Shown here piece after piece: positions 43,359-52,618 of a stretch of 63,759 nucleotides of DNA. The translations under genes and the position numbers were made by a program. The DNA is taken from positions 1 to 63,759 of the forward strand of contig JAGLYP010000028.1 in the NCBI GenBank assembly GCA_023132155.1, in the 5' to 3' direction. Every line of letters starts with the position of its first letter. Within the stretch, counting starts at the first letter, position 1. The DNA is from Candidatus Parcubacteria bacterium (GTDB lineage Bacteria > Patescibacteriota > Patescibacteriia > Patescibacteriales > UBA12075). The notes below the pieces were generated by a model. That model searched no databases, was not told the origin of the DNA, and worked only from the letters and a program-made list of their open reading frames with translations.

Positions 43359-43401
43359 AATTAAAAAAAATTGCTAATATATATTCAATAAATAAAAAAA
43401 T

Positions 43402-44868
43402 ATGAAAAAAATCAGAACGCGTTTCGCGCCCAGTCCAACCGGATTTTTGCATATTGGCAGTTTAAGGACCGTGCTTTTTGTGTACTTATTGGCCAAGGAG
43501 TTAGGCGGCAAAATAATTTTACGGCTGGATGATACCGACCAAAAACGTTATGTTGAAAAGTCTGAGGAAAAACTTTATGATACTTTAGACCGTTTGGGAT
43601 TCAAATTTGATGAAGGACCGCGCGTAGGAGGGGATTACGGGCCGTATATTCAAAGCCAAAGAAAAAAATTTTATAGTAAGTATATTAAAAAACTTCTTAA
43701 TGACAAAAAAGCTTACTATTGTTTTTGCACGCCTGAACGTTTACAAAAAATGCGTGAGGACCAACAAGCGCGAAAACTGCCGCCGCGATACGACCGTTGC
43801 TGTCGTGATTTAAACGAAGAAGAAGTTATAAAAAAAATAGATTCCGGAGAAAAGTTTGTTATTAGGCAAAAAATGCCTCTCGCGGGAGAAGTAATTGTTA
43901 ATGATGAGCTGAGAGGAAAAATTAAATTTCAAGCCGGTGAGCTGGAAGATCATGTTTTAATCAAGTCAGACGGCATGCCGACTTACCAGTTTGCGCTTGT
44001 GGTAGATGACCATTTAATGGAAATCAGCCATGTTGTCAGGGGAGAGGAGTGGATACCGAGTTTTCCTAAAAATATTCTGCTTTACAAGGCTTTTGGCTGG
44101 GTGCCGCCGAAATTTATCCATATCCCGCTAACCCTAAACAAGGAAGGCGGCAAATTAAGCAAGCGCCAAGGCGATGCGGCAGTTGAGGATTATTTGGAAA
44201 AAGGATATTTGCCTGAAGCTTTAATAAACTTTTCCATACTTCTCGGCTGGCATCCAAAAGGCGATAATGAAATATTTACTTTAAGTGAATTGGAAAAAAT
44301 ATTCAAATATAAAGATATAAATATTTCCCCGTCAATTTTTGATATTGAAAAGCTGGATTATTTCAACGGTTATTATATCCGCAAAATGGATTTGGATAAG
44401 TTAGTTGAAATCATTAAGCCTTATTTGGAGAATAATATTAAAAAAACCGGCGACAAAAATAAAAAGACAGACGAATTTATTAAAAACGTAGTCGCGCTTG
44501 AGCAGGAAAGGCTAAAAAAATTATCTGAAATAGGGGACTTAAGCGAATTTTTCTTTGTTGATAAATTGGATTATCCAAAAGATATGCTAATTTGGAAAAA
44601 ACAAAAAGAATCAGACTGCAAAAAAAATTTGGAAACGATAAAAAATATTTTAGAAAAAATTTCGGAAAGAGAATGGACAAAAGAAAATATTGAAAATATA
44701 ATTATCAAATATTTTAAAGACAATAATTTAAAAGTGGGGGATTATCTTTGGCCGGCAAGAGTCGCTTTAACCGGCAAAAAACAAAGCCCGGGACCCTTTG
44801 AGGTTGCTTTTGTTTTAGGCAAGGAGGAGAGTTTGGAAAAAATCCAGGATGCTATTGACTTATTTTGA
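43402..44868 (+). CDS. gltX: glutamyl-tRNA synthetase
   Basis: RFAPSPTGFLHIGSLRT supplies the HIGH motif and KLSKR the KMSKS motif. The CxC...CC zinc motif YCFCTPE....RCCRDL is present. Confidence 0.95.
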   Translation: MKKIRTRFAPSPTGFLHIGSLRTVLFVYLLAKELGGKIILRLDDTDQKRYVEKSEEKLYDTLDRLGFKFDEGPRVGGDYGPYIQSQRKKFYSKYIKKLLNDKKAYYCFCTPERLQKMREDQQARKLPPRYDRCCRDLNEEEVIKKIDSGEKFVIRQKMPLAGEVIVNDELRGKIKFQAGELEDHVLIKSDGMPTYQFALVVDDHLMEISHVVRGEEWIPSFPKNILLYKAFGWVPPKFIHIPLTLNKEGGKLSKRQGDAAVEDYLEKGYLPEALINFSILLGWHPKGDNEIFTLSELEKIFKYKDINISPSIFDIEKLDYFNGYYIRKMDLDKLVEIIKPYLENNIKKTGDKNKKTDEFIKNVVALEQERLKKLSEIGDLSEFFFVDKLDYPKDMLIWKKQKESDCKKNLETIKNILEKISEREWTKENIENIIIKYFKDNNLKVGDYLWPARVALTGKKQSPGPFEVAFVLGKEESLEKIQDAIDLF

Positions 44869-44870
44869 CA

Positions 44871-45082
44871 TTGTCATCTCCGACACTCCCAGCCCCGCAG
44901 GGAAATTATATTAAATGATCGGAGATCTCGTAAAAATCAATGAACATAAAAAATAATAAAATGTTTTAAAAAAATATTATATTAACAACTATTATCTTAA
45001 AAAATAATTTAGATGCTTTTAAAGAGATTCCCGATCATTTAATATAATTTCCCTGCGGGGCAAATGTGTGTCGGGAATGACA
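44871..45082. mobile_element. inverted pair of TGTCAT(T/C)(C/T)CCGACAC-type units (MITE-like)
   Basis: The left unit at 44871-44929 is TTGTCATCTCCGACACTCCCAGCCCCGCAGGGAAATTATATTAAATGATCGGAGATCTC. The right unit at 45024-45082 is the reverse complement of a near-identical unit. They share the 30-nt core CCCCGCAGGGAAATTATATTAAATGATCGG. The same unit type occurs at 4654-4717. Confidence 0.7.
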
Positions 45083-45170
45083 GAGGGGAGCGAGATAAAA
45101 TTCTCGCCCTTTTTTATTATTTTAAATTATGCTATATTATTGATATAAAAATAAAAACTAAACAATTCCC

Positions 45171-46418
45171 ATGAAGAAAAAAATATTTAAAAAAATAACC
45201 AACTTTACGATAATCTTATTGGTTTTTTTGCTGTTTTCCGGTTCAACCGCAATCGGGCAAGTAAATTCTAATGAGGCAAGCATGCTCAATAGGGAAGTCA
45301 AGCGGATTAATAATGATATTTCGGATAAAAAAAATGAAATTAAGCGAATTCAGCAAAAGCAGGAAAAATATTCAGCCGCAATTGAGGAAAAACAGAAAGA
45401 AAAAGCCAGTTTAAACAATCAATTAGCACTTTTGGATAATCGTTTGGCTAAATCCGAATTGGATATTGAGCTTGTTGAGATTGACATTGATCGCGTTAAA
45501 TTGGAAATTCAAAAAACCGATTTGGAAATCGTAAACAAAGATAAGAGGATCGCGAGAGAAAAAAAACAAATTGCCGATGTTATCCGCTTGATGCAAAAAC
45601 GCGATAATGTTAATTCTTTGGAGATGATGCTTTTAAATAGGTCATTATCGGAATTTTTAACTCAAGTAAGATATTTAGAGGATATAAATGAGAGCTTAGA
45701 TAAAAGCCTTGGAAGTCTTGAAAAATTAAAAAGGGAGCTTGAAAAAGAGCAAAAGACTTTAACGCGCAAAAGCGAAGATTTGGCGGGAATGAAAAAAGAT
45801 TTGGAAGAAAAAAAGATTAAACTGGCAAGTGAAAAAGAAAATAAAATCCATATTCTTTCACAAGTCGGACAATCTGAACGCGAGTATCAACGGCTTTTAG
45901 CTCAGGCAAAACAAGAACAGGAAGACACGGCCGCTGAAATCGCCAGTATGGAAAAATTGGCTAGAGCCAAATTGGCCAAGCTTGAAGGAAAAAAACTGGA
46001 ATTTAATGATAATGGCTTAATTTGGCCGGTTAAAAAAAATATTATTACCGCCTATTTTCATGATCCGGATTATCCGTTTCGCCACATTTTTGAACATCCG
46101 GGCGCTGATATTCGCGCGGCACAGGGGAGTACGCTTATGGCGGCCGCTTCCGGGTATGTCGCTCGGGTAAGATCAGACAACTCCTCGCGTTATGGCTATA
46201 TTATGATTATCCATGGTGATGGAATATCCACTGTGTACGGGCATATTATCAAAGCTTATGTTAAAGAAGATGATTATGTGGTACAAGGCCAAAAAATCGC
46301 TCTTTCCGGCGGATTGCCCGGAACTCCAGGCGCAGGCCGCTTAACAACCGGTCCGCATCTTCATTTTGAAGTAAGACTAAACGGAATTCCGGTTGATCCT
46401 TTAGCTTATTTGCCGTAA
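45171..46418 (+). CDS. M23-family metallopeptidase with N-terminal coiled coil (EnvC-like)
   Basis: A signal/TM segment is followed by about 250 aa of coiled coil. The M23 motifs are HPGADIRAAQGSTLMAAASGYV, GHI and GPHLHFEVRLNG. Confidence 0.85.
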   Translation: MKKKIFKKITNFTIILLVFLLFSGSTAIGQVNSNEASMLNREVKRINNDISDKKNEIKRIQQKQEKYSAAIEEKQKEKASLNNQLALLDNRLAKSELDIELVEIDIDRVKLEIQKTDLEIVNKDKRIAREKKQIADVIRLMQKRDNVNSLEMMLLNRSLSEFLTQVRYLEDINESLDKSLGSLEKLKRELEKEQKTLTRKSEDLAGMKKDLEEKKIKLASEKENKIHILSQVGQSEREYQRLLAQAKQEQEDTAAEIASMEKLARAKLAKLEGKKLEFNDNGLIWPVKKNIITAYFHDPDYPFRHIFEHPGADIRAAQGSTLMAAASGYVARVRSDNSSRYGYIMIIHGDGISTVYGHIIKAYVKEDDYVVQGQKIALSGGLPGTPGAGRLTTGPHLHFEVRLNGIPVDPLAYLP

Positions 46419-46423
46419 CCCCG

Positions 46424-46447
46424 CCCCGCCCTTCGCGAAGGGCGGGG
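46424..46447. terminator. bidirectional GC hairpin exactly filling the gap between convergent stop codons
   Basis: CCCCGCCCTTCGCGAAGGGCGGGG is a perfect 24-nt palindrome. Confidence 0.75.
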
Positions 46448-47413
46448 TTATTCCTTCATATTCCGCCCGCTATGAACCTTCCTGTGAATATCTTTAAGCT
46501 GTTTATTGGTTACATGGGTATAAATTTGCGTAGTTGCGATATTTTGATGGCCTAAAAATTCTTGCACCATGCGCAAATCAACGCCTTGGGCAAGCAAGTC
46601 GGTGGCAAAAGAATGCCTAAGCGTATGCGGTGTGGACGCGATTGGCAATCCGCAAATTTTAACATATTTTTTTACGATGTTTTCAATGCTTTTTACGGTT
46701 AAACGGCGCTCCGCGCCGTTTTTTTCAATTCCCGGCTTATAATTTATAAACAAAGCATCGTCAATATCGTTGCGTTTATCTAAATATTTTTTTAGAGATC
46801 TTGTCGCGCGCGCGGACAAATAAACAGTTCTGATTTTTCCGCCCTTACCGGTAATTGATAACTCAATTTCATCAGTAATTTTTGGAATTTTAATTTGTTC
46901 GCGATTTAACGCGACAAGTTCGGCAACTCTTAACCCTGTTGAAAATAAAGTTTCTAAAATCGCCCGATCTCTTAAGCCGATCGCGGTAGACATGTTAGGG
47001 GAGAGTAGGAGTCTTTCCAATTGTTCCAGTTTTAAAAATTTTACTTCTCTTTGAGTTTTATCCCTGGCTAATTTAATGGAGGTGGGGGAGAGTGAATTGA
47101 TTTTTTTTTCAACAAAGAAATCAAGCAGGCCGCGCAAAGCAATTAGATAATAATTCTGCGTTGATTTTTTAAGGGCGGTTTTTGTCCGCGGATCAACGTG
47201 TCTGGATAAAAAAAGGCGATATTTCCAAATATGCTTATCATTTAATTTTTCCGGCTTTAATTTATCTAAATTATTATCGCTTAGCCAATTAAAAAATTTA
47301 TTTAAAAAACGAGAGTAATTTTCTTGCGTTTTCGCGCTCAATCCCCTCTCAATTTCCAAAAAATCAAGGTAGTCAATCAGATATTCAATTATTGGTTTTG
47401 AGTTGTTTTGCAT
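46448..47413 (-). CDS. tyrosine recombinase, XerC/XerD family
   Basis: An N-terminal SAM-like domain is present. The catalytic pattern is R..., HTLRHSFATDLL, then LGHQNIATTQIYTHV. Confidence 0.9.
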   Translation of the reverse strand: MQNNSKPIIEYLIDYLDFLEIERGLSAKTQENYSRFLNKFFNWLSDNNLDKLKPEKLNDKHIWKYRLFLSRHVDPRTKTALKKSTQNYYLIALRGLLDFFVEKKINSLSPTSIKLARDKTQREVKFLKLEQLERLLLSPNMSTAIGLRDRAILETLFSTGLRVAELVALNREQIKIPKITDEIELSITGKGGKIRTVYLSARATRSLKKYLDKRNDIDDALFINYKPGIEKNGAERRLTVKSIENIVKKYVKICGLPIASTPHTLRHSFATDLLAQGVDLRMVQEFLGHQNIATTQIYTHVTNKQLKDIHRKVHSGRNMKE

Positions 47414-47432
47414 TTTTTATTTGTTATAAAAA

Positions 47433-47589
47433 TTGTCATTGCGAGCTGCTAGTTTTTTGTCATTGCGAGCGCTGTTGTAATTGTCATTGCGAGCGCCAGC
47501 GAAGCAATCCCGTGCCACAGAACACCAGGCGTGATAACAATGGACGGTGCAGGAACCGCGGGATTGCTTCGCTGGCGCTCGCAATGACA
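47433..47589. mobile_element. two solo TGTCATTGCGAGC half-sites followed by a complete MITE-like hairpin element (47481-47589)
   Basis: The complete element has 32-bp perfect arms, TTGTCATTGCGAGCGCCAGCGAAGCAATCCCG and CGGGATTGCTTCGCTGGCGCTCGCAATGACAA. Its core resembles the reverse complement of the core at 29124-29237. Half-sites lie at 47433 and 47456. Confidence 0.75.
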
Positions 47590-47932
47590 AGCAAAAGGGC
47601 TAACATTAACTATATTTTACGACCTAAACCACCTCTATACAATACGTCGCATAATGTAGATTAAACGAAGTATTATTAAAAGATATGGCAATTTAGCTAT
47701 TTAAATTTTATCATTATCTTAATTCAATAGGACTAAAATGTATGCCAAAAAAACTAAACTCCCCCGTAAACATAAACAATATTTTAATAAACAGCAAAAA
47801 AAATCCAATTACGGTTAGACAAAAAACAATTATAGCTAAAACAAATACAATTTTAAAAGCAATTTCCATATTTTATTATTTTGGCTAACATTAAATAAAA
47901 TAAATATATTTTATTTAATGTTAGCTATTTAA

Positions 47933-48784
47933 CTAACGATAATAAATACTATCTCCGATTCTGACATCTATATATTCTTTAACAAAAAAACTTTCTTTTA
48001 ATTTTTCATTTTTTATAGTTATTACTTTGTTAATTTGTTTTTCAATTTTTTCCCCGGTACTAAAAAATATTTTTGGACCGTTTAATAATTCAACTTTAAC
48101 TGTATTTAATTCTTCATCAATAATAAATTTATTTATTTTAAACTCTTTTTCATAATCCTTAAACACTTGAAATATTTTTAAAATACAGCTAATTTGCTCT
48201 TGTTTAATTTTTGTTCGCTCAATTAAGTTTTCAATAACAGGATAATCTTTTTGGCTCACCTCTATGACATTGTCAATTTCAGAAATTACTTCCGCCCTGT
48301 CTCCGCAATAATAATACCTATCGCCTTCTTTTAGAATTAAAGCATATTTTTTTTCATTAAATTCCACTATAATTTTATCAGGTATTTTTTTAACAATAAG
48401 CAAATTATTAAACACGTACTTATTTTCAAGAGTATTTTTAAATTTATCCTTATTAAATATAAAAATATTTCTTTGCGGGATAACTGCCAAATATGAATCA
48501 TTAATTTGTTTCCATGCCGCTTCTTTAATTGACTCCGGATTAATTCTGCCTCCTCCCCTAACTTCAATTTCTTTAATTGAAAAATAATTTGAATAAAAAA
48601 CAAACCACGCGGTTAAACCGATGAAAAAAAATAAACCCAGTAAAAAAAATTTAGATATTTTTAAAATCCGCGAGTCGCTTGCGTAATGCCTTTTTCGTTT
48701 TTTTGATTTTTGGAAAAAAGGATTTGTGTATTTTTTGCGTTGATAAAAATTTTTATTATTTTTACGTAATTTTTTCAGAAACAT
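47933..48784 (-). CDS. ftsQ: FtsQ/DivIB-like cell division protein
   Basis: A basic N-terminus and one TM span are followed by the POTRA-like IKEIEVRGGGRINPESIKEA. Size and position next to a Mur-ligase-like gene fit FtsQ. Confidence 0.65.
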   Translation of the reverse strand: MFLKKLRKNNKNFYQRKKYTNPFFQKSKKRKRHYASDSRILKISKFFLLGLFFFIGLTAWFVFYSNYFSIKEIEVRGGGRINPESIKEAAWKQINDSYLAVIPQRNIFIFNKDKFKNTLENKYVFNNLLIVKKIPDKIIVEFNEKKYALILKEGDRYYYCGDRAEVISEIDNVIEVSQKDYPVIENLIERTKIKQEQISCILKIFQVFKDYEKEFKINKFIIDEELNTVKVELLNGPKIFFSTGEKIEKQINKVITIKNEKLKESFFVKEYIDVRIGDSIYYR

Positions 48785-49511
48785 AAGCCTGAATTATTAA
48801 TCCGGCCATTTGCGCGTAAACATGGTGTTTGCCAAATTTTTTAATATTATAATTATAGGATTTATTTTTAAAATTTATTTTTATATTTTGGCCGCTTGCT
48901 ATTTTTTTAAAAATATCGGCTTGACAGTCAGAATCGCTTGAAAAACCAAAAGTAATAACTTTTGCTTTAGTATCGCCTTCCAATGACTTAATTCTTAAAT
49001 TATCATTATTTAACAGCAGCAAATTTTTTTTATTAAGCTTTTTAACAAGGCAGACATATTCATTTAATAAACCGTTTAAATCGCTAAAGCCCTCCATATA
49101 ACGCTGTGTTATTTCGGTAATAACGGCAATCTCGGGCTTAATAATTTTTAATAAATATTTCATATCGCCAGGATCGGATGAGCCAAGGCTTAAAACCAAA
49201 AATTTTGGAAAATTAGCTTGAAAAATTTTTTTGAAAGCTGAATAAACTATTGGCAGCCATTTTTTATAACAATTATATCCGCTTGGCAAATTTAAAATTG
49301 CCAGTGGCATTCCGATTTCCGTGTTAAAATTTTTTGGGTTCGCGCGAACGCTAAAATCTTTTTCCAATAATCTGTTTTTTATTTCTTGCTTTACAAAATA
49401 TTTATTAGCGCTTCCGGCAACAACAATAATTATCGGTTTATGAATAAATATGATTAACTTGCTTATATATTTTAAATAATATTTTAATAATATTTTTAAA
49501 AATGTTTTCAT
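48762..49511 (-). CDS. truncated MurF-like Mur-ligase domain protein with degenerate P-loop
   Basis: IIIVVAGSANKYFVKQEI....NPKNFNTEIGMPLAILNL....LVLSLGSSDPGDMKYLLKIIKPEIAVITEI parallels the MurF central domain. GSANKY replaces G(S/T)NGKTT, and there is no C-terminal domain. The start is uncertain: ATG 49511 is chosen, and the ORF is open to 49550. Confidence 0.5.
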   Translation of the reverse strand: MKTFLKILLKYYLKYISKLIIFIHKPIIIVVAGSANKYFVKQEIKNRLLEKDFSVRANPKNFNTEIGMPLAILNLPSGYNCYKKWLPIVYSAFKKIFQANFPKFLVLSLGSSDPGDMKYLLKIIKPEIAVITEITQRYMEGFSDLNGLLNEYVCLVKKLNKKNLLLLNNDNLRIKSLEGDTKAKVITFGFSSDSDCQADIFKKIASGQNIKINFKNKSYNYNIKKFGKHHVYAQMAGLIIQAYVSEKIT

Positions 49512-49515
49512 ATTT

Positions 49516-50670
49516 TTAAGCGTTTTTAAAATAATCATCAAATCTGTCAAAGGCCGTATTTATATCTTCTTCGCTTCTGCCAAAACTTAAACGGATATGT
49601 GCTTCTCCGTTGTTGCCAAAAGCAGATCCGGGGACGACGGCAACATGGGTTTTATCCAATAACTCAAGAGAAAAATCCCACGCGTTTTTTATATTAATTT
49701 TTATTTTAGGAAATACATAGTAAGCGCTTTGCGGATAAACATAAGAAAAAATATTTTTGAGATTGTCAAGCCGCGCGCAAATTAAAGCCCGTCTTTTTTT
49801 GTAATTCTTATTGAAATTTTCAACATCGCCCTCCCCCATTTCCAAAGCGCCCATTGCCGCGTACTGTGAGATTACCGGCGCGCAAGTAACTAGCGCGTCG
49901 TGCACTTTAACAATTTCTCTAATAATTTTTTCATCGCTATGCACATAGCCGACTCGCCAGCCGGTCATAGCGTATGCCTTGGAAAAACCGTAAATTCTTA
50001 TCACTTGCTCCCGTAAATCAGGTATTTCCGCCAGAGAAAAAATTTGTTCATTATTGTAAACAAAATCTTTATAAACTTCGTCGGTTATAATAAATAAATT
50101 ATATTTTTTTGCGAGCCCGGCCAATCCCAATTGCTGTTCTTTTGAATAAATTGTTCCGGTTGGGTTGTTGGGGTTGCAAAAAAATATCGCTTTAGTTCTA
50201 TCAGTAATAGCCTTTTCATATTCATTTAGTCCAAACGCCCAGCCTTTTTTTTCATTTAATGGAACAAAAACAGGCTTGCAGCCGGCTAAATAAATTACCT
50301 CGCGATAGCTTGTATAAGTCGGCTCTGGAATAATAATTTCGTCCCCTGGCGCGGTAATCGCTAAAATAGACGCGGTAATTCCCTCAATTGTTCCGGCGGT
50401 AACGATAATTTCTTTTTCCCAATCATAAAACATATTTTCTTTTTCAAGCTGAATTTCAATCAGCTCTCTTAATTCGGGAAGACCCGGTGAAAGCGAATAT
50501 TTGGCCACCACTCCCCGTCTAAGAGCGCGTTCCACTCTTCGCTTAACGCATACAGGGGTGTCAAAGCTCGGCACTCCTTGCGCGAGTGAAATAGCATCCG
50601 GGAATACGCTTGCTTTCAGCTCTATTTGCTTTATAATTGAAAGCCTAAGATTTTTTGTGCGTTCAAACAT
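49516..50670 (-). CDS. class I/II PLP-dependent aminotransferase
   Basis: NPNNPTG and YGFSKAYAMTGWRVGY (the PLP lysine region) are present. At 384 aa the length fits. Confidence 0.85.
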   Translation of the reverse strand: MFERTKNLRLSIIKQIELKASVFPDAISLAQGVPSFDTPVCVKRRVERALRRGVVAKYSLSPGLPELRELIEIQLEKENMFYDWEKEIIVTAGTIEGITASILAITAPGDEIIIPEPTYTSYREVIYLAGCKPVFVPLNEKKGWAFGLNEYEKAITDRTKAIFFCNPNNPTGTIYSKEQQLGLAGLAKKYNLFIITDEVYKDFVYNNEQIFSLAEIPDLREQVIRIYGFSKAYAMTGWRVGYVHSDEKIIREIVKVHDALVTCAPVISQYAAMGALEMGEGDVENFNKNYKKRRALICARLDNLKNIFSYVYPQSAYYVFPKIKINIKNAWDFSLELLDKTHVAVVPGSAFGNNGEAHIRLSFGRSEEDINTAFDRFDDYFKNA

Positions 50671-51978
50671 TTATTTTTTAACTATTTTCCCAATATTTCC
50701 AGGCATGTATTTTCTTAATACCTCGGGGATAATTATTGATCCGTCTTTTTGCTGATAATTTTCTATAATGGCTATCAAAATTCGTCCCATAGCAAAGGCC
50801 GTTGCGTCATTCATATGAACAAACTTTTTATCACCTGTCTTGGTTTTGTATTTTATATTTAGCCTTCGCGACTGAAAATCTGTCATATAATCAGAGGTGT
50901 GGGTTTCACGATATTTATTTTGGCCTGGCATCCAGCACTCAATATCTATTTGTCTAAAATCAGGTTTCCCCATGTCGCCCGAGCATACAGCCACGACTTG
51001 ATATGGAATATTGAGCCGTTGCAATAAATATTCTTGGATTGCTACAATCAAATTTTGTTCTAATTGGCCATATTCCGCCTGAACAAATGTTTCCATTTCC
51101 GCTTTGTCAAACTGATGCCGACGCAGAATCCCTGCCATATCCTTGCCGTACGAGCCCGCCTCTCTTCTAAAAGCAGTTGAATAGCCAATATATCTAATGG
51201 GTAAATCTTTTTCTTTAATAATTTCGTTCATATGAATCGGTCCAAGCGTGTGTTCGGCGCTTCCTATAAGCAGAACTTCGTCTTGTTCAAGATAGTATCT
51301 ATCTCCCAATGGATCAAAACGATCCATTTTTTTCATTACCTCGGATTTTACCATTACCGGAAGAAGTACTGGCGTAAAAGGCTTGTCAAAGGGGTTGCCA
51401 ACCTTGTCCGCGAGTTGTTTTATTATTTTTCTGTCAGTTAGAGCCGCCATTATAAACTGAATTAAAGCAAATTGCAGCAGCACAGCTTCGCCGAAAAGAT
51501 AGTTGAACCGTGAACCGGAAATATTCGCGGATTTCTCAGTATCAATTATTCCATGTATCATTCCCAGCTCCATATGATCTTTTGGCTTAAAATCAAATTC
51601 TGTCGGTTCGCCAAATTTTCTGATTACTTTGTTTTCTGATTCATCCTTCCCTATCGGGGTATCATCGGAAATAACATTTGGTACTTGAATAATCAGATCG
51701 TTAAAATTAATTTTAATATTTTTTAGCTTTGCTTCAAGAGCGGCAGTTTCTTCTTTAATTTTTTTTCCTTTTTTGATTTGCTTATCAGTTGGCCGGCCGC
51801 CTTTGGCTGATTTAGCCAATTCATTACGTTTCGCGCGCAGCTCATCAAGCTTTGTCTGTGCTCCCCTCTTTTCATTATTAATTTTTAATAGCAAATCAAT
51901 ATCAATGTCAATATTCTTATTTTTCGCCGCCTCTTTAATTTTTTTCTTGTTTTTTTGAATGTATTTTATGTCTAGCAT
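50671..51978 (-). CDS. serS: seryl-tRNA synthetase
   Basis: An N-terminal coiled-coil arm is followed by class II motifs, including FRREAGSYGKDMAGILRRHQF and GRILIAIIENYQ. Confidence 0.95.
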   Translation of the reverse strand: MLDIKYIQKNKKKIKEAAKNKNIDIDIDLLLKINNEKRGAQTKLDELRAKRNELAKSAKGGRPTDKQIKKGKKIKEETAALEAKLKNIKINFNDLIIQVPNVISDDTPIGKDESENKVIRKFGEPTEFDFKPKDHMELGMIHGIIDTEKSANISGSRFNYLFGEAVLLQFALIQFIMAALTDRKIIKQLADKVGNPFDKPFTPVLLPVMVKSEVMKKMDRFDPLGDRYYLEQDEVLLIGSAEHTLGPIHMNEIIKEKDLPIRYIGYSTAFRREAGSYGKDMAGILRRHQFDKAEMETFVQAEYGQLEQNLIVAIQEYLLQRLNIPYQVVAVCSGDMGKPDFRQIDIECWMPGQNKYRETHTSDYMTDFQSRRLNIKYKTKTGDKKFVHMNDATAFAMGRILIAIIENYQQKDGSIIIPEVLRKYMPGNIGKIVKK

Positions 51979-51999
51979 ATTTTTCTATAAAATTAAAAA

Positions 52000-52611
52000 T
52001 TATATATTTTCATACTCTTTTTCCCATTTTATACCATTTTTTATATAAGATATTTTCATTTCTTTTTGCAAAGAAACATATAAATTTTTAAGCTCAGGTG
52101 TTTCTTTCAAATATACATTTGCGTAAGTGGCAATATAGCTCGCGTAGCATTTCGCCGGTTTGCCTTTTTCAAAAAAAGTCATTAGGCCTTCAATCTTATC
52201 AAGACTTGCCACTATTTTTGCTTCTTTGGTTTTTCGCGCGGCATATTCTTCCCATAATAATTCAATTTCTGTGCCAATTTTTTTCGGAGCAATTTTTATA
52301 ATTTTTTTCATTGCAGGTTTTTCATTTTTTAGCTTTTCTTCATCTGAAATATTTTTCTTCACTCTATCGGCACGTGTTATATCCTTAGCTATAATTTCAA
52401 CTATATCATGAACAAGGGCAATCTTAATGGCTTTGAAAATATTTATTTTTATTTTATAAAATTCAGCGCTTAAAATCACCATCATTGCCAGCCGCCAACT
52501 ATGATCCGCGGAGTTATCACCTTTCATATTTTTAACACCTAAAAATCTTTTCTCTTCTTTTAATTTATTTAAAAATTTTATAAATTCATAAAATTTAAGA
52601 TTTTCGTCCAT
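52000..52611 (-). CDS. HD-domain phosphohydrolase (YfbR-like 5'-nucleotidase type)
   Basis: HSWRLAMMV....ALVHDIVEI supplies the H...HD...E metal-binding pattern. Confidence 0.7.
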   Translation of the reverse strand: MDENLKFYEFIKFLNKLKEEKRFLGVKNMKGDNSADHSWRLAMMVILSAEFYKIKINIFKAIKIALVHDIVEIIAKDITRADRVKKNISDEEKLKNEKPAMKKIIKIAPKKIGTEIELLWEEYAARKTKEAKIVASLDKIEGLMTFFEKGKPAKCYASYIATYANVYLKETPELKNLYVSLQKEMKISYIKNGIKWEKEYENI

Positions 52612-52618
52612 TTTAATT

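Noticed and set aside
47392-47664. A 90-aa plus-strand ORF rich in CHCE repeats
   Set aside because: It is a translation of the TGTCATTGCGAGC repeat stack and hairpin element. Its periodic Cys/His come from the repeat, and it has no start context or coding-like composition outside the repeats.
47714-47869. A possible 51-codon hydrophobic minus-strand ORF (MEIAFKIVFVLAIIVFCLTVIGFFLLFIKILFMFTGEF...) downstream of ftsQ, and a possible mini-ORF at 29260-29358
   Set aside because: Neither has an SD sequence, a recognisable motif or conservation evidence available here. AT-rich sequence readily yields hydrophobic short ORFs. They are mentioned only as candidates, not called as features.
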